A DNA stretch of 64,000 nucleotides from Podarcis melisellensis (Eukaryota): NCBI GenBank assembly GCA_964234715.1, contig OZ174275.1; one strand, given 5' to 3'. Below, piece by piece: positions 1 through 13,086 of the stretch (its first letter is position 1; every line of letters starts with the position of its first letter). The notes below the pieces were generated by a model, which was given only the letters and a program-made list of their open reading frames with translations, ran no database searches and was not told the DNA's origin. A program made the position numbers and the translations under genes.

Positions 1-167
1 GCTCTGGTTTTGCCAGAAGTGGCCTAGTCATGCTGGCTACATGACCTGGAAAAAACTGTCTGCGGACAAATGTCTGCTCCCTCGGCCAGTAAAGCAAGAT
101 GAGCGCCGCAACCCCACAGTCGTCCGCGACTGGACTTAACTGTCAGGGGTTCATTACCTTTACCTTT
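1..167 (+). mobile_element. Sauria (Squam1) SINE, 3' half cut by window edge
   Basis: Matches the 3' half of the full copies at 12756 and 25352 (AAAGCAAGATGAGCGCCGCAACCCC...GACTGGAC) and ends in a TTACCTTTACCTTT tail. Confidence 0.9.
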
Positions 168-2280
168 TTACTGTATTCTGATTTATATGCTATGGTCCAT
201 ATAGGAAAGTTGCTGGCAGAACTTACCTGCATAAGCTTTCCACAATATGTATGGAAAAGCAGCAATTCATATGTGCGCAATACATGTACAATAACTGCAT
301 GCCAGTATGGCTACTGTGGCGGGAATATACAGTACTGGCATACCCCCCTTGCATGTGGATGAGGCGATACATCATGGTAAGAAGATCTCCAAGATTATGC
401 CTGCCATACATGGAGTACCAACGTGGACAAATGTTTTTGGAGAGCCTGCATGTAAGAGCTATAGCACTGAAATGCAGTTCTGGCCCGATTAGGCAAGGTG
501 ATTAAACTCACCTCAGGCATCAGCTCTTTTCCCAGTACAAATAAAGGGAAACAAATGGGCAATTATTTAGGTTAGTATTCGATTTCCAATCCACCATAAG
601 GGTGCCATATGGATCACTTGCCCTTGGGCACCAGAATGCCTTGGGACGTCTCTGTTTAAACTGGCCTCCTTTTGATGATGCTCATGCCTGGTGCAGAAGA
701 TACAGGAATGGTAACATAGATTGTGAAGCATTTTCAGAAATTCTGGAATACCAGATTCTGCACTGGGCAGGGGGTTGGAGTGGGTGATCTTTGGGGTCTC
801 TTTGTACTCTGTGATTCCATGAACTTTGCAGAAAGCAGTTATTTTAAGCAAAAAGTTACATTCCATTTATTGCACAGAATGGTTCTCTTCCTGACATTCA
901 AGGTGATGCAAAATTGGCTGCAAATCAGTGTAATTAATTAATTAATGTTTTAATATTTTAATTGTGGATAAAAAAATATACCAATTAGTTGTGGAAATCA
1001 CCAGTCACCAGTTGTTTCTATTCTGAAAATTACTACCAGCAAAACACAGTCTCCAGTGATGGCACTAAACACAAAGAACCATTATGAAAGGATTCATACA
1101 TCTTTGAGGTTCACAACTCTCAGAAAATAAAGATTTCCTTCTCTAAAGAATGTGTGATAACTTTTAAAAATATAAGTTATAGTACATTTAGTGGAAATTA
1201 TGGACCACCATCCATACCTATGCACACACACATGATCTGCCAGTCAAATAAAATCTAGACAAACAGACCATTGACTAAAAGAAGTTTACTTAATGGCTCT
1301 TGTGAAAATTTGAACGAAATCCCCCTTTTGGAAAATGAACTCTCTGCATACTTTGAAATTCAGGTTTGAATGCATACATCTTGATGTGCTGTGATTGCTT
1401 ATGTAATTCTCTTTCTATTACTCTTAACACTCAATTTTTTATTGAGACAAGGAGTGTCCCTTTTATACCCCTGCTAGTAGGGAGTTACGGTATATATGTA
1501 AGAGGAAACTATGCATCCTAGGGCCATCCCTTTGCCTATTTGCTACATTTGTTGTTCACATGAGGCTGTGAGGGAACATAGGGAACATATTATAAATAGA
1601 TTAGGGCTGCAAAGTTTCGTTGCTTAATCAGCAAAGCATTGTTTGGCAACCTTGACCGCATCACCTAAACACATGCCAATTTTTAGAATCAGTATACAGT
1701 GGGAAAGACAGCTGAGTTCCTCCTCTCTGTCGTACAGATGACCTGAAAAACATTCAAATGGGGGTTCTGTTCCCAGAAAGAAGGTTAGATGCAAAAATCT
1801 TTTTTTAAAATGTTCAACCTTGAATCTCAGGTCAAACAAGTAAATTAATTGGGCATCAAATTATAATTTTTTTAAAAATATGTAAGTACTTACAAAGACT
1901 TCTGAAAGCAAGCACCATCTTAAAATATGAACTTCCCTTTTTCTCACATACAACAGAATGCTCCTTTTGATATGATGCTATGACACAAACATGCAATTGT
2001 CTAGAATGAAAGTAAGCTTCTTGCTTCAGTTATATCTTTACTCGTGTGCAGATTTAACGGATAGATAAGATCAATGAATTGACTAAAAACCTGATGGTTA
2101 ATTAAGTAACATTTCTTTAAGCGAGTTGCAGCTCTAATAAATATGTATTTTATAAGAGCATTCATCCTGCAAACAAAAAGCATAGCTATTAGCTCCTCAG
2201 GTCTTTATTACCACTGAACTTTTGGCACTGTCCTTTGCAGACTACAGAGAAGAAGTAATTCCCCATTAAACTGTCAGTTG

Positions 2281-2346
<66 letters not shown>
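2281..2346. repeat. (TTTC)n microsatellite
   Basis: Perfect tetranucleotide run. Confidence 0.97.
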
Positions 2347-2347
<1 letters not shown>

Positions 2348-3399
2348 AATATGGTATGTGCTTTTTACTTTTTACATCTTTGTGATCTTCATTTTCCCAC
2401 ATAAACGAAAAAGAAATGCCCTTATATGGAAATAGAAAAACCTGTCTGTGTTGTGCCTTTACAAGATGTTTTGATCTAAAATCCAGAGAGCTGCCAACGT
2501 CTCTGAGTTCAAAACTATCATTAGGGGATTTTCTGGATCTTTCCTCCTGACCCAAAGATAAAGCCAAGTGGGTTTTAGATTGAAGATTCATTTCTCCCTC
2601 CTTGGCAATTATCTCTGTGACTGCCCACAATCCTTCCCAATCTTTTTAAACAACATCCTGTTATTAAAACCACTTGGCAAGCATTTAAAGCCCTGGCTAA
2701 GTTAACCATGCACAAAATATCCCACTTGGGGCACAATCCAGTAATAAAGGGGAACTGTTTACACTCAGGAGGCCAGAGTTCAGGATGGGGCCTACTCATT
2801 TGTGAAAAATGGCTCGTCATTAGTGACAATAAAATTATTGAGGTTTTGATCCTCCCCAACTGGAGTCAACCGTAACATTCCTACTGATTTCAATGGTTTA
2901 TTACTAGGTCACTAATTAGACATTAGAACTTCAACATCCTGAAAGTAGCTTTGAAAAACATGTGATGTGCTAGGATGGTTTTTGAAGATAGATCAGATTT
3001 GAAAACATTGAAAAGTGTGCCACAAATGGGATAATTCTGTACAAATGAGGCAGAAATCCGTTTCATATTGTCCTTCCATCTGTTACTTTGGACTAAAACA
3101 CCAAAGTCTTATGAAATTAAATTCCAGAGGTCGCAGAAGAACTAATTGTGAACTAGGGTGAGATGAAAAACTTCAGGTTGGCACAATAAGACAAACATGT
3201 CTGGGCTTTAAAAGAAGAGAAAATAGACCTCAGAAAAGGAATCCATACAGTCCGTTCGCATCATGCTTATACAAATTGAACAGGTCTGAGTTGAATTTTT
3301 CGTATTATGGAGTTCATGTTGGTAACATAGAGGAGATTCGTGAATAAAGTAGAGGTAAAAAGTCAATTCTTAGGGCTAATATATATATATATTTAAAGT

Positions 3400-3915
3400 C
3401 AATGGGTCCGAATGGCATAAACCTTAAAATAGGCTACTTGTCACTGGACGATTGGAAAATAGCCAATGTAATGGCAGTTTAAAAAGGGATCCAGGAGGGA
3501 ACCAGGAAATTATGGGTCAGTTATCTTAGTGTCTGTTCTAGGTAAATTGGTGAAAAACATTATTAATGTCAAAATAATAATTATTTTTCAACGGTTTCCT
3601 TTCCTTTATAGAACCCACACAGAGACATTTCATAAAGACATTAATGTCAGAATTATTAAGCATATCAAAGAACAAGCCTTGCTGGTTTCTTCAAACAGAT
3701 GTCCTGTCTCACAACTGTTTGGAATTATTTGACGGTGTCAACAAGGATGTGGGTGGGGTTATCCGATTGGCTAGTCTTCCCAGCCTGGTGCTCTCTAGAT
3801 GTTGTTGGACTGCAACTCCTATCACCCCTCACCATTGACAACGAGACTGTAGCTAATGGAAGATGGTACATTCCATACATAGACTTTCTCAGAGCCTTTG
3901 ATCAAAGCCTTTCAC
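3400..3915 (+). mobile_element. Degraded CR1 LINE reverse-transcriptase fragment, interrupted by a MITE remnant at about 3776-3860
   Basis: Translated pieces DWKIANV..KKG...PGNY..V.L.SVLGKLV.NII, SCLT..LELFDGVNKDV and IDFLRAFDQ resemble CR1 ORF2; frameshifted. Confidence 0.75.
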
Positions 3916-5679
3916 CCTCTGAAATTTATTGGCAGTAGACTGAGGATACACAAAGCATTTCTTCACTTAATGCATTATGAATTTATGGAATTCACGGCTG
4001 CAAGATCTGGTGATAGCCTGAACATGTAGGCAAGCAGGAGGTCCTCTAGCTCTCCCAAGACTTCTCACTGAAGTCTTGAAAAAGGGCTTTCATATGATGG
4101 CATTGGCTTAATTTGGGGCTGATCATCCTGCCCTCCGATCTTCATTCACCATGGCCAGTATGAGCAGCAGGGTTGTGGGTGCAACAGTAATCTTGCCACT
4201 CTGCAAAGCTCCACTGATGGGAGTGGGGAGTCTAGATTGAATCCAATATGACTTATTTTGGAGTAGAGATTTCTGGTTAGGATTGCACTGTGAGACAGCA
4301 ATCCTCTGCATACACACCTGGGGGTAAGTACCATTGAATTTCTGCACTTTACTAATGGAAGGGCTATTTTTGTTCATGGAAGGGACTGAGAGACAGTGGA
4401 GGCTACCACTGGAGGAAGTGCACAATTTTTGCCAGTTTCCCTTCACCCTCTAGTACCTCCCACACCTCTGTATTCAGTTCCAGCCTCCAACTTGCAGGTA
4501 CAAGTAGATTAAATTTACTAGTTGCTCCATAATAAAAGTTCTCCCTGGAAGATAAACTATTTGGCAAAGGAATCCTAACTTGGAGCTGTGAAGGGGAGGA
4601 TCAGAGCAGAACAGTCAATTCATGGCCACATCCCAAGGCAGCCAAGGTGGATGGTGGTGGTTCTTCCTTTATTTTTGCTATGCCACCCCCACCACAATCA
4701 CAAAGTGCCCCATTTCTGCTTGCTACTGCTGGCATTAGAACTGCTAGAGATAGCTTTGCAACTGCTTGGGGCCTCCTGTGTTGTGTGGAGTCCTCCCCTC
4801 AGCACCTCTCTGCCAGTGGAGGCCAGCAGAGAGTTACCCACACACCATCCAAACTCTTCCATCCATCAACATCTGGGTATGGATTGTGCTCACATATAAT
4901 ATAAAATCACAAAAATATAACAAAACATAGAGTTGGATAAGAGGACAATTATATATGGGTTTTCATTTACAAGAATACAATATTCGGCATTTTCAAATTT
5001 TCAGTGGTTTGAATTTTGTATATTTATTTTCCCATTCTACTTTGGAATTTGGACTTCAGGGAATACATGTTAAAAATCTCAATTTTTAGGGTTGGGTTTT
5101 GTGTGTGTGTGTGTGTGCATCTAGTTTCATTCCTTTTGTCTGAGAGCCGGAAGAAAAACATTGCATTCTAAACGCTTATTTATTTCTAAATGCTTATTTA
5201 TATTTCTCTTTATATTTCTTTTGTGTTTTCCAGTACTGAGGGATCTTTTCTCCAGTGGATGCTCCCAATAAGACAATAGACTCCGACCATACAATTTGAA
5301 AAGCTTGCTGATTCATCAGTAAAAGTGCGGACTTCACTCAAGGTGGAAGGCCATAAATTTCGTGATCAGCATAACTTCAAAAATTGGAGACACAAGAATC
5401 CCAGACATTCTTCAGCTTTCCTGTTCCTGTTTAGCCTGTGAAAAGAGACTGCTCTGTATAGGTTGTTCTAGCCCATGTGCTGCAGGTCTGGCCCAATGCA
5501 TTTTGTTGATTCAAAAGACTAGAAGGCAACCTACACCCCCATTTTGTGTACAGTAGCAGAAGGCGGCAGGGCAAGATGGGGTGGCATTGCTTGCCTGACT
5601 TTCCAATGTTGGGGTTGTTGTTGTTTACTGAGAGGGTGAGGGGTGAGGAGGTTGACAGGAATGGTAGATAATAATAACA

Positions 5680-5730
<51 letters not shown>

Positions 5731-6088
5731 CTGCTCATCTGGCTGGGCTTCCCCAGACACTTTGGGTGGCTTCCAACAAATTATTAAAATACAGTGATCT
5801 GTTAAACATTAAAAACTTCCTTAAACAGGGCTGCCTTCAGATGTCTTCTAAAAGTCTGGTAGTTGTTGTTCTCTTTGACATCTGATGGGAGGGCGTTCCA
5901 CAGGGCGGGTGCCACCGAGAAGGCCCTCTGCCTGGTTCCCTGTAACTTGGCTTCTCACACTGAGGGAACCACCAGAAGGCCCTCAGCGCTGGATCTCAGT
6001 GTTCAGACTGAACGATGGGGGTGGAGACGCTCCTTCAGGTATACTGGGCCGAGGCTGTTTAGGTCAGCACCAGCACTTTGAATTGTGC
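5680..6088 (-). mobile_element. L2 LINE 3' fragment with (AAT)n tail
   Basis: Minus strand reads QFKVLVL...LGPVYLKERL...RQRAFSVAPALWNALPSDV, an L2 ORF2 C-terminus; microsatellite tail at 5680-5727. Confidence 0.85.
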
Positions 6089-6769
6089 TGCCACTGCTCC
6101 CACACTACCCTGACCTCTCCACTGCTTCTCTCTCCCCCCCCCCTCAGTAATTGGCAGCAACACTGGTGTTGGGAAGCAAAGAATATAATGCCATTCCATC
6201 CCATCAACCACTCATGAGCAATTGCCTGGACAGACAGTTGCATCTTCCTTCAATGATGGTGATTGGACAAGGTCTTCCACCACACCCGAGCGCAGCAGTT
6301 TAGCTTTGTGGCCACAGGACTGGCTTCATAGCATGCATAGCTTTGTCCTCCAACATCTTGTCACTTCTCTCTGCCCTGGCACCTGAGGTGGCCACCTCAC
6401 TCTGGCTAATGGTAAGAATGGCCCTATCCTGAGTAATGTATTTTTCCAAATGTTCTGTGCTGTTACCATCTCATTCTATGTACACTGTGAAATAAATGAT
6501 TCCAGCCATGGCGCTGAGTCTCAAATCTTCCTGCAGCCATGCCTGATAAATCTAGATGTGCAGAGGGTGTGTCTGTGTGCATGTTGGGAACTCTGGCTCA
6601 GATCAAGCTCTGGCACACAGTTTCTAAACTGATTTAGGAAGAAAATACACAAAGTGCATCAAAGTACATTATTACGGTCAATAAGCTATTTACAGTCTTG
6701 TTCCTGGCTCTGAATTTGTAACAGAGGTCAAAGTAATCATGGAAGAAGTAAAAATGAAAGCAAATTCAC

Positions 6770-7335
6770 AAAGATTTGCTGTACATTTAAACTGAAATAA
6801 AACATTGGCTGGAGAAATAATTTCAGTAATGTAGATGAGGAATGGCAGATGATGTAAGTCAAAATTTGGAAAACCAAATCCAGATGTTTGGGAATACAGG
6901 TATATAATGCTATTACAGAAATGTTAGGATATTATATACCACAAGAACCTAAGATAGCTATCCTTGAATATTTAAAGAGTGTACTTCCAGAAAGTGATTT
7001 GGCGGTAGCAATTAATTTATTAGCAACTGCAAAAATAACTATGGCTAAAATGGGGGGGGGGGAGTACTGCACCATCCTTTATTCAAAATTCTATATTAGA
7101 TAGAATATGGTCCACCAGGGTACTGATTAAATATAAGAAAATGCAAGTTAATCAGTCAAATAGTTTAAAGGAAAAATGGGCTGTGTTCTTAATGTTTCAA
7201 TTTATTCTAATCCTCTAAATATGGGAAGTCAAGTCCCATTGTAATCTACACATGATGCTTTCCATTTATTATGATTCTCTATGTAAGGGAACGTCAAGTA
7301 TTATTGTAACCAACAAATCATTAATTAATAAAGTC
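6770..7335 (+). mobile_element. Old L1/Tx1-clade LINE 3' fragment
   Basis: ORF 6888-7103 (YNAITEMLGYYIPQEPKIAIL...NLLATAKITMAK) resembles the region after the ORF2 zinc knuckle; AATAAA near 7327. Confidence 0.6.
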
Positions 7336-7361
7336 TGTTAATTTTTTTTGTTTTGTTAAAC

Positions 7362-7555
7362 CAGTGGTGTCCAATTTTTTTTCAAAGAGGGTCAGATTTG
7401 ATGAAGTGAAGGGCTGTGGGGGCCGACCAATGTTGTTGACTTTTTTTTAGGATTGAAGTTGTTGAGCATTGAAGTTGTTGAGGTTTTTTTTTAGGATTTT
7501 ACCCCAGGAAATAAACTGCCACAGGGCCCCCCGAAATGGACTTTGGACATGCCTG
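7362..7555. mobile_element. hAT (Charlie/Buster-like) MITE
   Basis: Terminal inverted repeats (TIRs) CAGTGGTGTCCAA / TTGGACATGCCTG; perfect 8-bp TSD TGTTAAAC. Confidence 0.85.
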
Positions 7556-7730
7556 TGTTAAACCAACATAAATGGAAAGCCAATCTCACCCAAACCACAC
7601 TCACCCAAAACCCAACACTATGAAGGGGAGGGTGATGGGAAAGTAGGCATGAATTTAGGGGCTGACTGTCAGAGAAGATTGAAACCTGTGAAAGCATGAA
7701 CGCCTCTCTTCCCAGGTCAAGGATCAATTG

Positions 7731-7920
7731 GAACATCGGAATATTGGAAGTGGCCTCATACCAAGATGTACCATTGGCCCATCTAGTTCCATATTGTTGA
7801 TAGTGACAAGCAGCGGCTCTTCAGGGATTTCAATCAGGAATTCTTCCTAGCTCTACCTGGAGATGTCTTGGATTAAACCTGGGACCATTTGCATACAAAG
7901 CATGTGCTCTACCAAAGCAT
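7731..7920 (-). mobile_element. tRNA-headed SINE with CR1-like tail (Squam2-like), degraded
   Basis: Minus strand gives a tRNA-like head (GGTAGAGCACATGCTTTG...CCCAGGTTTAATCC); related to copies at 15305, 23718 and 43395. Confidence 0.65.
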
Positions 7921-8085
7921 GTGGATGGTCTACATGCATATGGGTACAGTCTACTTGGAATAGCAGTGGATCTCCAACCCTGCTGTCTGAGACCCTGCTG
8001 ATTTCTTGCATATATTTATGGTTTCTGCAAGGTTTGTTTTGCATATATCTCTGGTATATCTCAACTTTTCAAGATTTTACTCTTT

Positions 8086-8186
8086 TATCTAAAAATAAGA
8101 AAGTCACAATCAAAATAATATTTTGATTATTAATATTTTGAAAATAATATCTAAAAATAAGAAAGTCACAATCAAAATAATATTTG
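8086..8186. repeat. Local direct duplication of about 38 bp
   Basis: TATCTAAAAATAAGAAAGTCACAATCAAAATAATATTT at 8086 and 8148. Confidence 0.9.
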
Positions 8187-11100
8187 ACATGAAATAAACT
8201 AGAACATCAATTTAATGCAAATGGTAGCTACATTTTATTACACTGTTGGATACAGATTTTGATTTAATTCTTGCAGAGGAGAAAGTGTCAGTTTATGCTA
8301 TTTGATACAAACACACACACACACCTCAGAAACGCACTCTGTAGGGCATGACTTGCCTGCAGGAAATCAAGTTACACTTTCCAAACTCAAATTGTCACCA
8401 GCAAGGCATGAAAAGTCACTGCAATTAGGAAACAAACCCACTTAAAGCAATAAACACATATAAGGGATCAGTCATCTACATTAGCTAAGCATAATATGAG
8501 AGACATGGTTTGGTTAGATTTAGTGTAAACAGGCAGTGAGAAAGCACCTATTGACTTGCAGGAAGAATCAGATGCTATTTGTGTATGCTTTACCACTCGT
8601 GTGACTAAGCTGAAATCTAAACTCTTGCCAATTAAAACCTCTTAAACTACATCCCTTTGGGCAATCTCCAATACAATCAACAAACTATTTATTTTGGCCA
8701 GACTGGTGTTTAGAAGAAAACAAAACAAATTTGAGTAGTATTTCTATGCATCATACAAGCAATCTCTGATCAGTGCAACAGAGCATCAGCTCAGCAACAA
8801 TTTGGTGGATTCAGGAGACCCAAAGCAAGATGGATGATGGGCGCTGGGTAGTCTGATGTGCTGGGTCATCTTAATCTGAGGTGGCACAAGAAGTAGTGAG
8901 GCACAATCCAATGTCTCAAAAGCAAGACAGTCCAGGATGACATTGTTAATAAAAAGTGTTACACTCTCCTTATGGAATTCAACACTGCAAAGTGGTGTAG
9001 CTTTGTGCTAAGTGTCATGGCTCCTATGAGCCAAAATACCCCATGGCATGCTGGGAGAATGGTGGTGGGTTAGGGTTAAGTGATTCTGTTCCTGGCTAAT
9101 GCAAGGGGAAAGTGGTGTGAGTGATCCACACTTGTACTTTTCACACTTCTAAATGAGGTGCTAAGGAGCACTTGTCCTTCTTCCCAAATGCAAGAAACTC
9201 GAGTGCTGCCTCTTTTTAGATGGTTATTCTCCCTTTTTCTTATTAAACCCTGTTATCTGGGCAGACATTATTCCAGTACTGGGACAGTCAGCAATAATAT
9301 ATGTAATGGTCATTAAGGTTGTGTAGTACTTAACACTAAAGTCACTCAGTTAGACAGACTATTTGATAATTTCCCCTCATTAGTGATAATGGACATGTCT
9401 GTATATCTATATTTGAGTAAGAGAGTAAAAGTGAGTTATTTAAACACAATTAGAGGTGTAAAAAATCATTCAAATTAGAAGTGAAAAAGTCATTCAGATA
9501 TAATAAAACCCTTTCCTAGGTGCTGCCAATCTTCCAAGTGTTTAAAGAATACCAATGAACATTGTTATTACTATTTCTTACTTTGCAGTTTTCCTACTGT
9601 GATTCCAACAGAACTATTCGAAGATAAGGTCTCTGAAAGCCCATTCTCATCTGTTCAAAGAATCATGGGAACTGTAGCTTTACCTCTTACAGAGCCAGTA
9701 CCCTTTCCAAACTACAGCTCCCAAGATTATTTGGGAGGGTGAGAATGTGCTTTAAGGGATCCTGTGAATCAGACTGGAGATGTTCTCCATCCTACCACAC
9801 TGTTAATGTCCCTGCTCCTGGGAGTCAACTACCTGATTTGCAGGCCTACCATACTTCCAGTCTCAAATTACACTGAAATAGGCTTGCTCTAGCACCCCCT
9901 TTCAGATGAATGAGAGGCTTTAATCTCCTTTGCATTGTGTTCTTTCAATTTTCTTCGTTACCTGCCGTGTCTACATCACTAAGGGAATAAAGAGACCACG
10001 CATAGAAACCGCTCATTTCAGTTCTTTGTGATCAAGAGACTAAACCTGGATGCAAAATGTTAGTGCAATTTTGACAAGCTGCACAGAGAGGTTTGGTGAC
10101 TAGCCTTAATTAGACCATCTTTGTTTACATTTGATGTTTATCAGCTAATTGGCATGGCAAGGTGTGAGTCACACAGCTTCTCCCGGGCATGAAATCAGTT
10201 TGTGGGAGGAAAACTGGGAGAACAAATGATCCCAATTATAAGAAAACCCACTGTGCTAATTATCATCCCACGAAGGTTGGAGCCTCCCCCCTCTCCTGCT
10301 TCCCCTCTTCTTGCCTACAGACCCAGTCAGCCAGAACTGCTGTGGAGAGTCCCTTGACCAAATTGCAAGCTGGACTTTCTCATTCCCGAAGGAGGATTCC
10401 TTACTTCCCACCCCTGAAACCCCTTTCCCCTCATTTGCAGCATAGGCCCAGGTTTGATATTCAACCAGGTGGCACTGTATTTTGACAATAAGAATTCCAG
10501 CTTTTGCATCACTTTCCCACTTTGTTTTGTTTGGGGTGGGGTCAATCTGCTGCAGAGCTCTGAAACAACATCTCCAAAAGCATCACGCTAACCAATATTT
10601 GAATGCCTGTCAAAATCTCACCATCAATATTTATTGCTCTGGAACAGAACTAGCCTGATTTGTCACTAATTAAAAACAACACCAGAAGAAGAAAAGCTTT
10701 GATTCCTTTATTGCTTCAAAAACAAAACAAAAAACTAGACCAACTGTAACTTGGCCTGCTTCCTGATCCATTCTTGTTCTATTTTCTTGGCACTAGATTT
10801 CTGTACACTGCTTGCTCCTGAACCCTTTTTGCTTTCTCCCTAAACACCCAGGGTCCCATGCATAGGAATGCTTCTTGGCTGCCATTGAGTTAAATGATGA
10901 TCCCGGAGCCTTCCGAAAAGCCACAAAGGAGGATGCTCTCTGTTTCCCTGTGTCTCTCCTGTCTTCGTCAGGGTAACAGATGGCTGAGGCTTTCACCGAC
11001 AGTCCCGAACACATTGTCACTCCCAACTGAAAGTGAAATATTCAGTGGCATTTAAATTAAATAGACTCTAATGCTCCAGTAATATTAATTACATTTTCAT

Positions 11101-12755
11101 TCATCCCTGGCCTAATAAATCAACATGTAAAGATAGGATGATCCTGCGCCTGGCAGCAGAGCAGGGCTATTCTGCCCTTTGTAAGGTTAGCCACACAATA
11201 CCCCCATTCTTAGTGGGACATGAGGGCCCCTTCAAGCATCTGTGCTCAGCACCACTTGAGGAGAAGCCAAAGTGGTAACATTTAAATGTTTTGTTTTTTA
11301 ACTCATCCCATTTGTCCACGCAACAGGGCTTGGCTTCACAAGAACGTCCAAGTAAAGTTGTCAGATCCTACCAAGCTGGTGAAAACTGTTCCGATTTCTT
11401 TTGGGGTGACGGGGACGAATACAGATTTATCTGAGCAGTCATAAACTACAGCCAATGTCAAGCCCTCTATTCTTGCGGCAGAATTTGTTACCCTGGTGTC
11501 AACCTCTTTGCATAGTGGGGGTGGGGAGGGAAAAAGGAAGCAAGGAGAGAAGGCCTCAAGTGTCTGGAAAAAAATACAGCACCACACACTTACAGTGTTG
11601 CACGACATTTCGGGAGATGCTGAGGCCCAGGGCTTCACATTTTTTGTTCTGTGAATGCCACAGAGGAAATAGACTCTGCGTTGCACCAGCCAGGGAGCCC
11701 CCTCTCTCCTTACCCTCCATAGATATGTAAAAGAAGGCTAATAAAATGACCAAATAAAAGATCATGGCTAGTAAATCTTTAAGGGACAAAGCAATCTCCA
11801 CTTGCGATGCTTCAAAGCTGCCCAGGGCTACCAGTTAACTCCCCAAAGTCTCTTCTCAAACCTTTGGTAGAAAAAGAAGTTGTGTTGTGCATGAACAAAA
11901 GCAGCCCTCAAACTGCTGTGTAGGAAATGAAGCATTTACGTGCACAAATGCTTGACCAAGCATATACTTTTAAGATCGAGAAGGAAAAAATAATCTAATA
12001 TAATTTTATCCTATTGGAAACATCCAGCTAAACTAGGGTCAATGGTTTCAGAAAAATCAAACCACCACTGTAATGGCATAAAGCAACAGATTTAAATATA
12101 GTATTTTAAAGATGTCAAACTATCTTATTGGTGGCCAATTTAGTAGCAAAGCCAGGTTGAAACCTTAAGGGCAAAATGCTGCACCTGCCCATAGTTCTGT
12201 GGTTGCCAAGCTACCATACCCTAAGTAGCAAGAGGAAGATTTAATTCTGCTTCTTGGAGTTTCTTGTCCTTACCACCCACTGAGCAGAAATACAAAGCAA
12301 CCAATCAGCAGTCAGCATTGGTGGTGCTGAGAAGGACTAAATGAACTCAGTGGGACCTACGGTAGTTCTAAGTAGACATGTTTACTATTGTGCTATACAG
12401 GGTAGCTCAGAATGCTAAATCCGTGTTTGTTTCAATGATGGAGTGCTTAGACACCTTCTTCTTCATAGGAACACCAAAATCAAGGCTGGTAAGGAGAAGA
12501 AAAAAAAACCCACAAGGATATAACATACGTGGCTGGCTATGAACACAATTCATAGACATTTAGCATGGAATGATAATTAAATACATAATAACTTTTACAC
12601 TGGGCTGACCAGCACAGAGGGGGCTGAGATATGGACCCCTGACACCCCCTCCCCCAATGTGAACCTATGGATCTGCATGCTTCTGGACCTTTCCATAAGA
12701 GATGTTGGCAGCTCAGTTTGGCTGAGGTGAAAAGCCCAGTGGTATAAGATCCTAA

Positions 12756-13086
12756 GGGACACGGGTGGTGCTGTGGGTTAAACCACAGAGCCTAGGGTTT
12801 GCCGATCAGAAGGTTGAATCCCCGCAACGGGGTGAGCTCCCGTTGCTCGGTCCCTGTTCCTGCCAACCTAGCATTTCGAAAGTACGTCAAAGTGCAAGTA
12901 GATAAATAGGTATGTGCATGAAAAGCATGTAAAATACATTCCTCTCCACGTTGGAATCCAGCGATGCTTGGTTGCACATGACCCAGAAGCTGTATGCTGG
13001 CTTCCTTGGCCAGTAAAGCGAGATGAGCACCACAACCCCAGAGTTGTCCGCGACTGGACCTAATGGTCAGGGATCCCTTTACCTTT
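12756..13086 (+). mobile_element. Sauria SINE with TSD and an internally replaced segment
   Basis: GGGACACGGGTGGTGCTGTGG head, CCCTTTACCTTT tail, TSD (T)ATAAGATCCTAA. Confidence 0.93.

Noticed and set aside
5431-5885. ORFs with poly-N and poly-Y tracts
   Set aside because: Translations of the (ATT)n L2 tail
10793-11686. Minus-strand ORFs that look like terminal exons; good acceptor near 11027
   Set aside because: No recognisable protein family and no linked upstream exons; cannot be supported without a homology search
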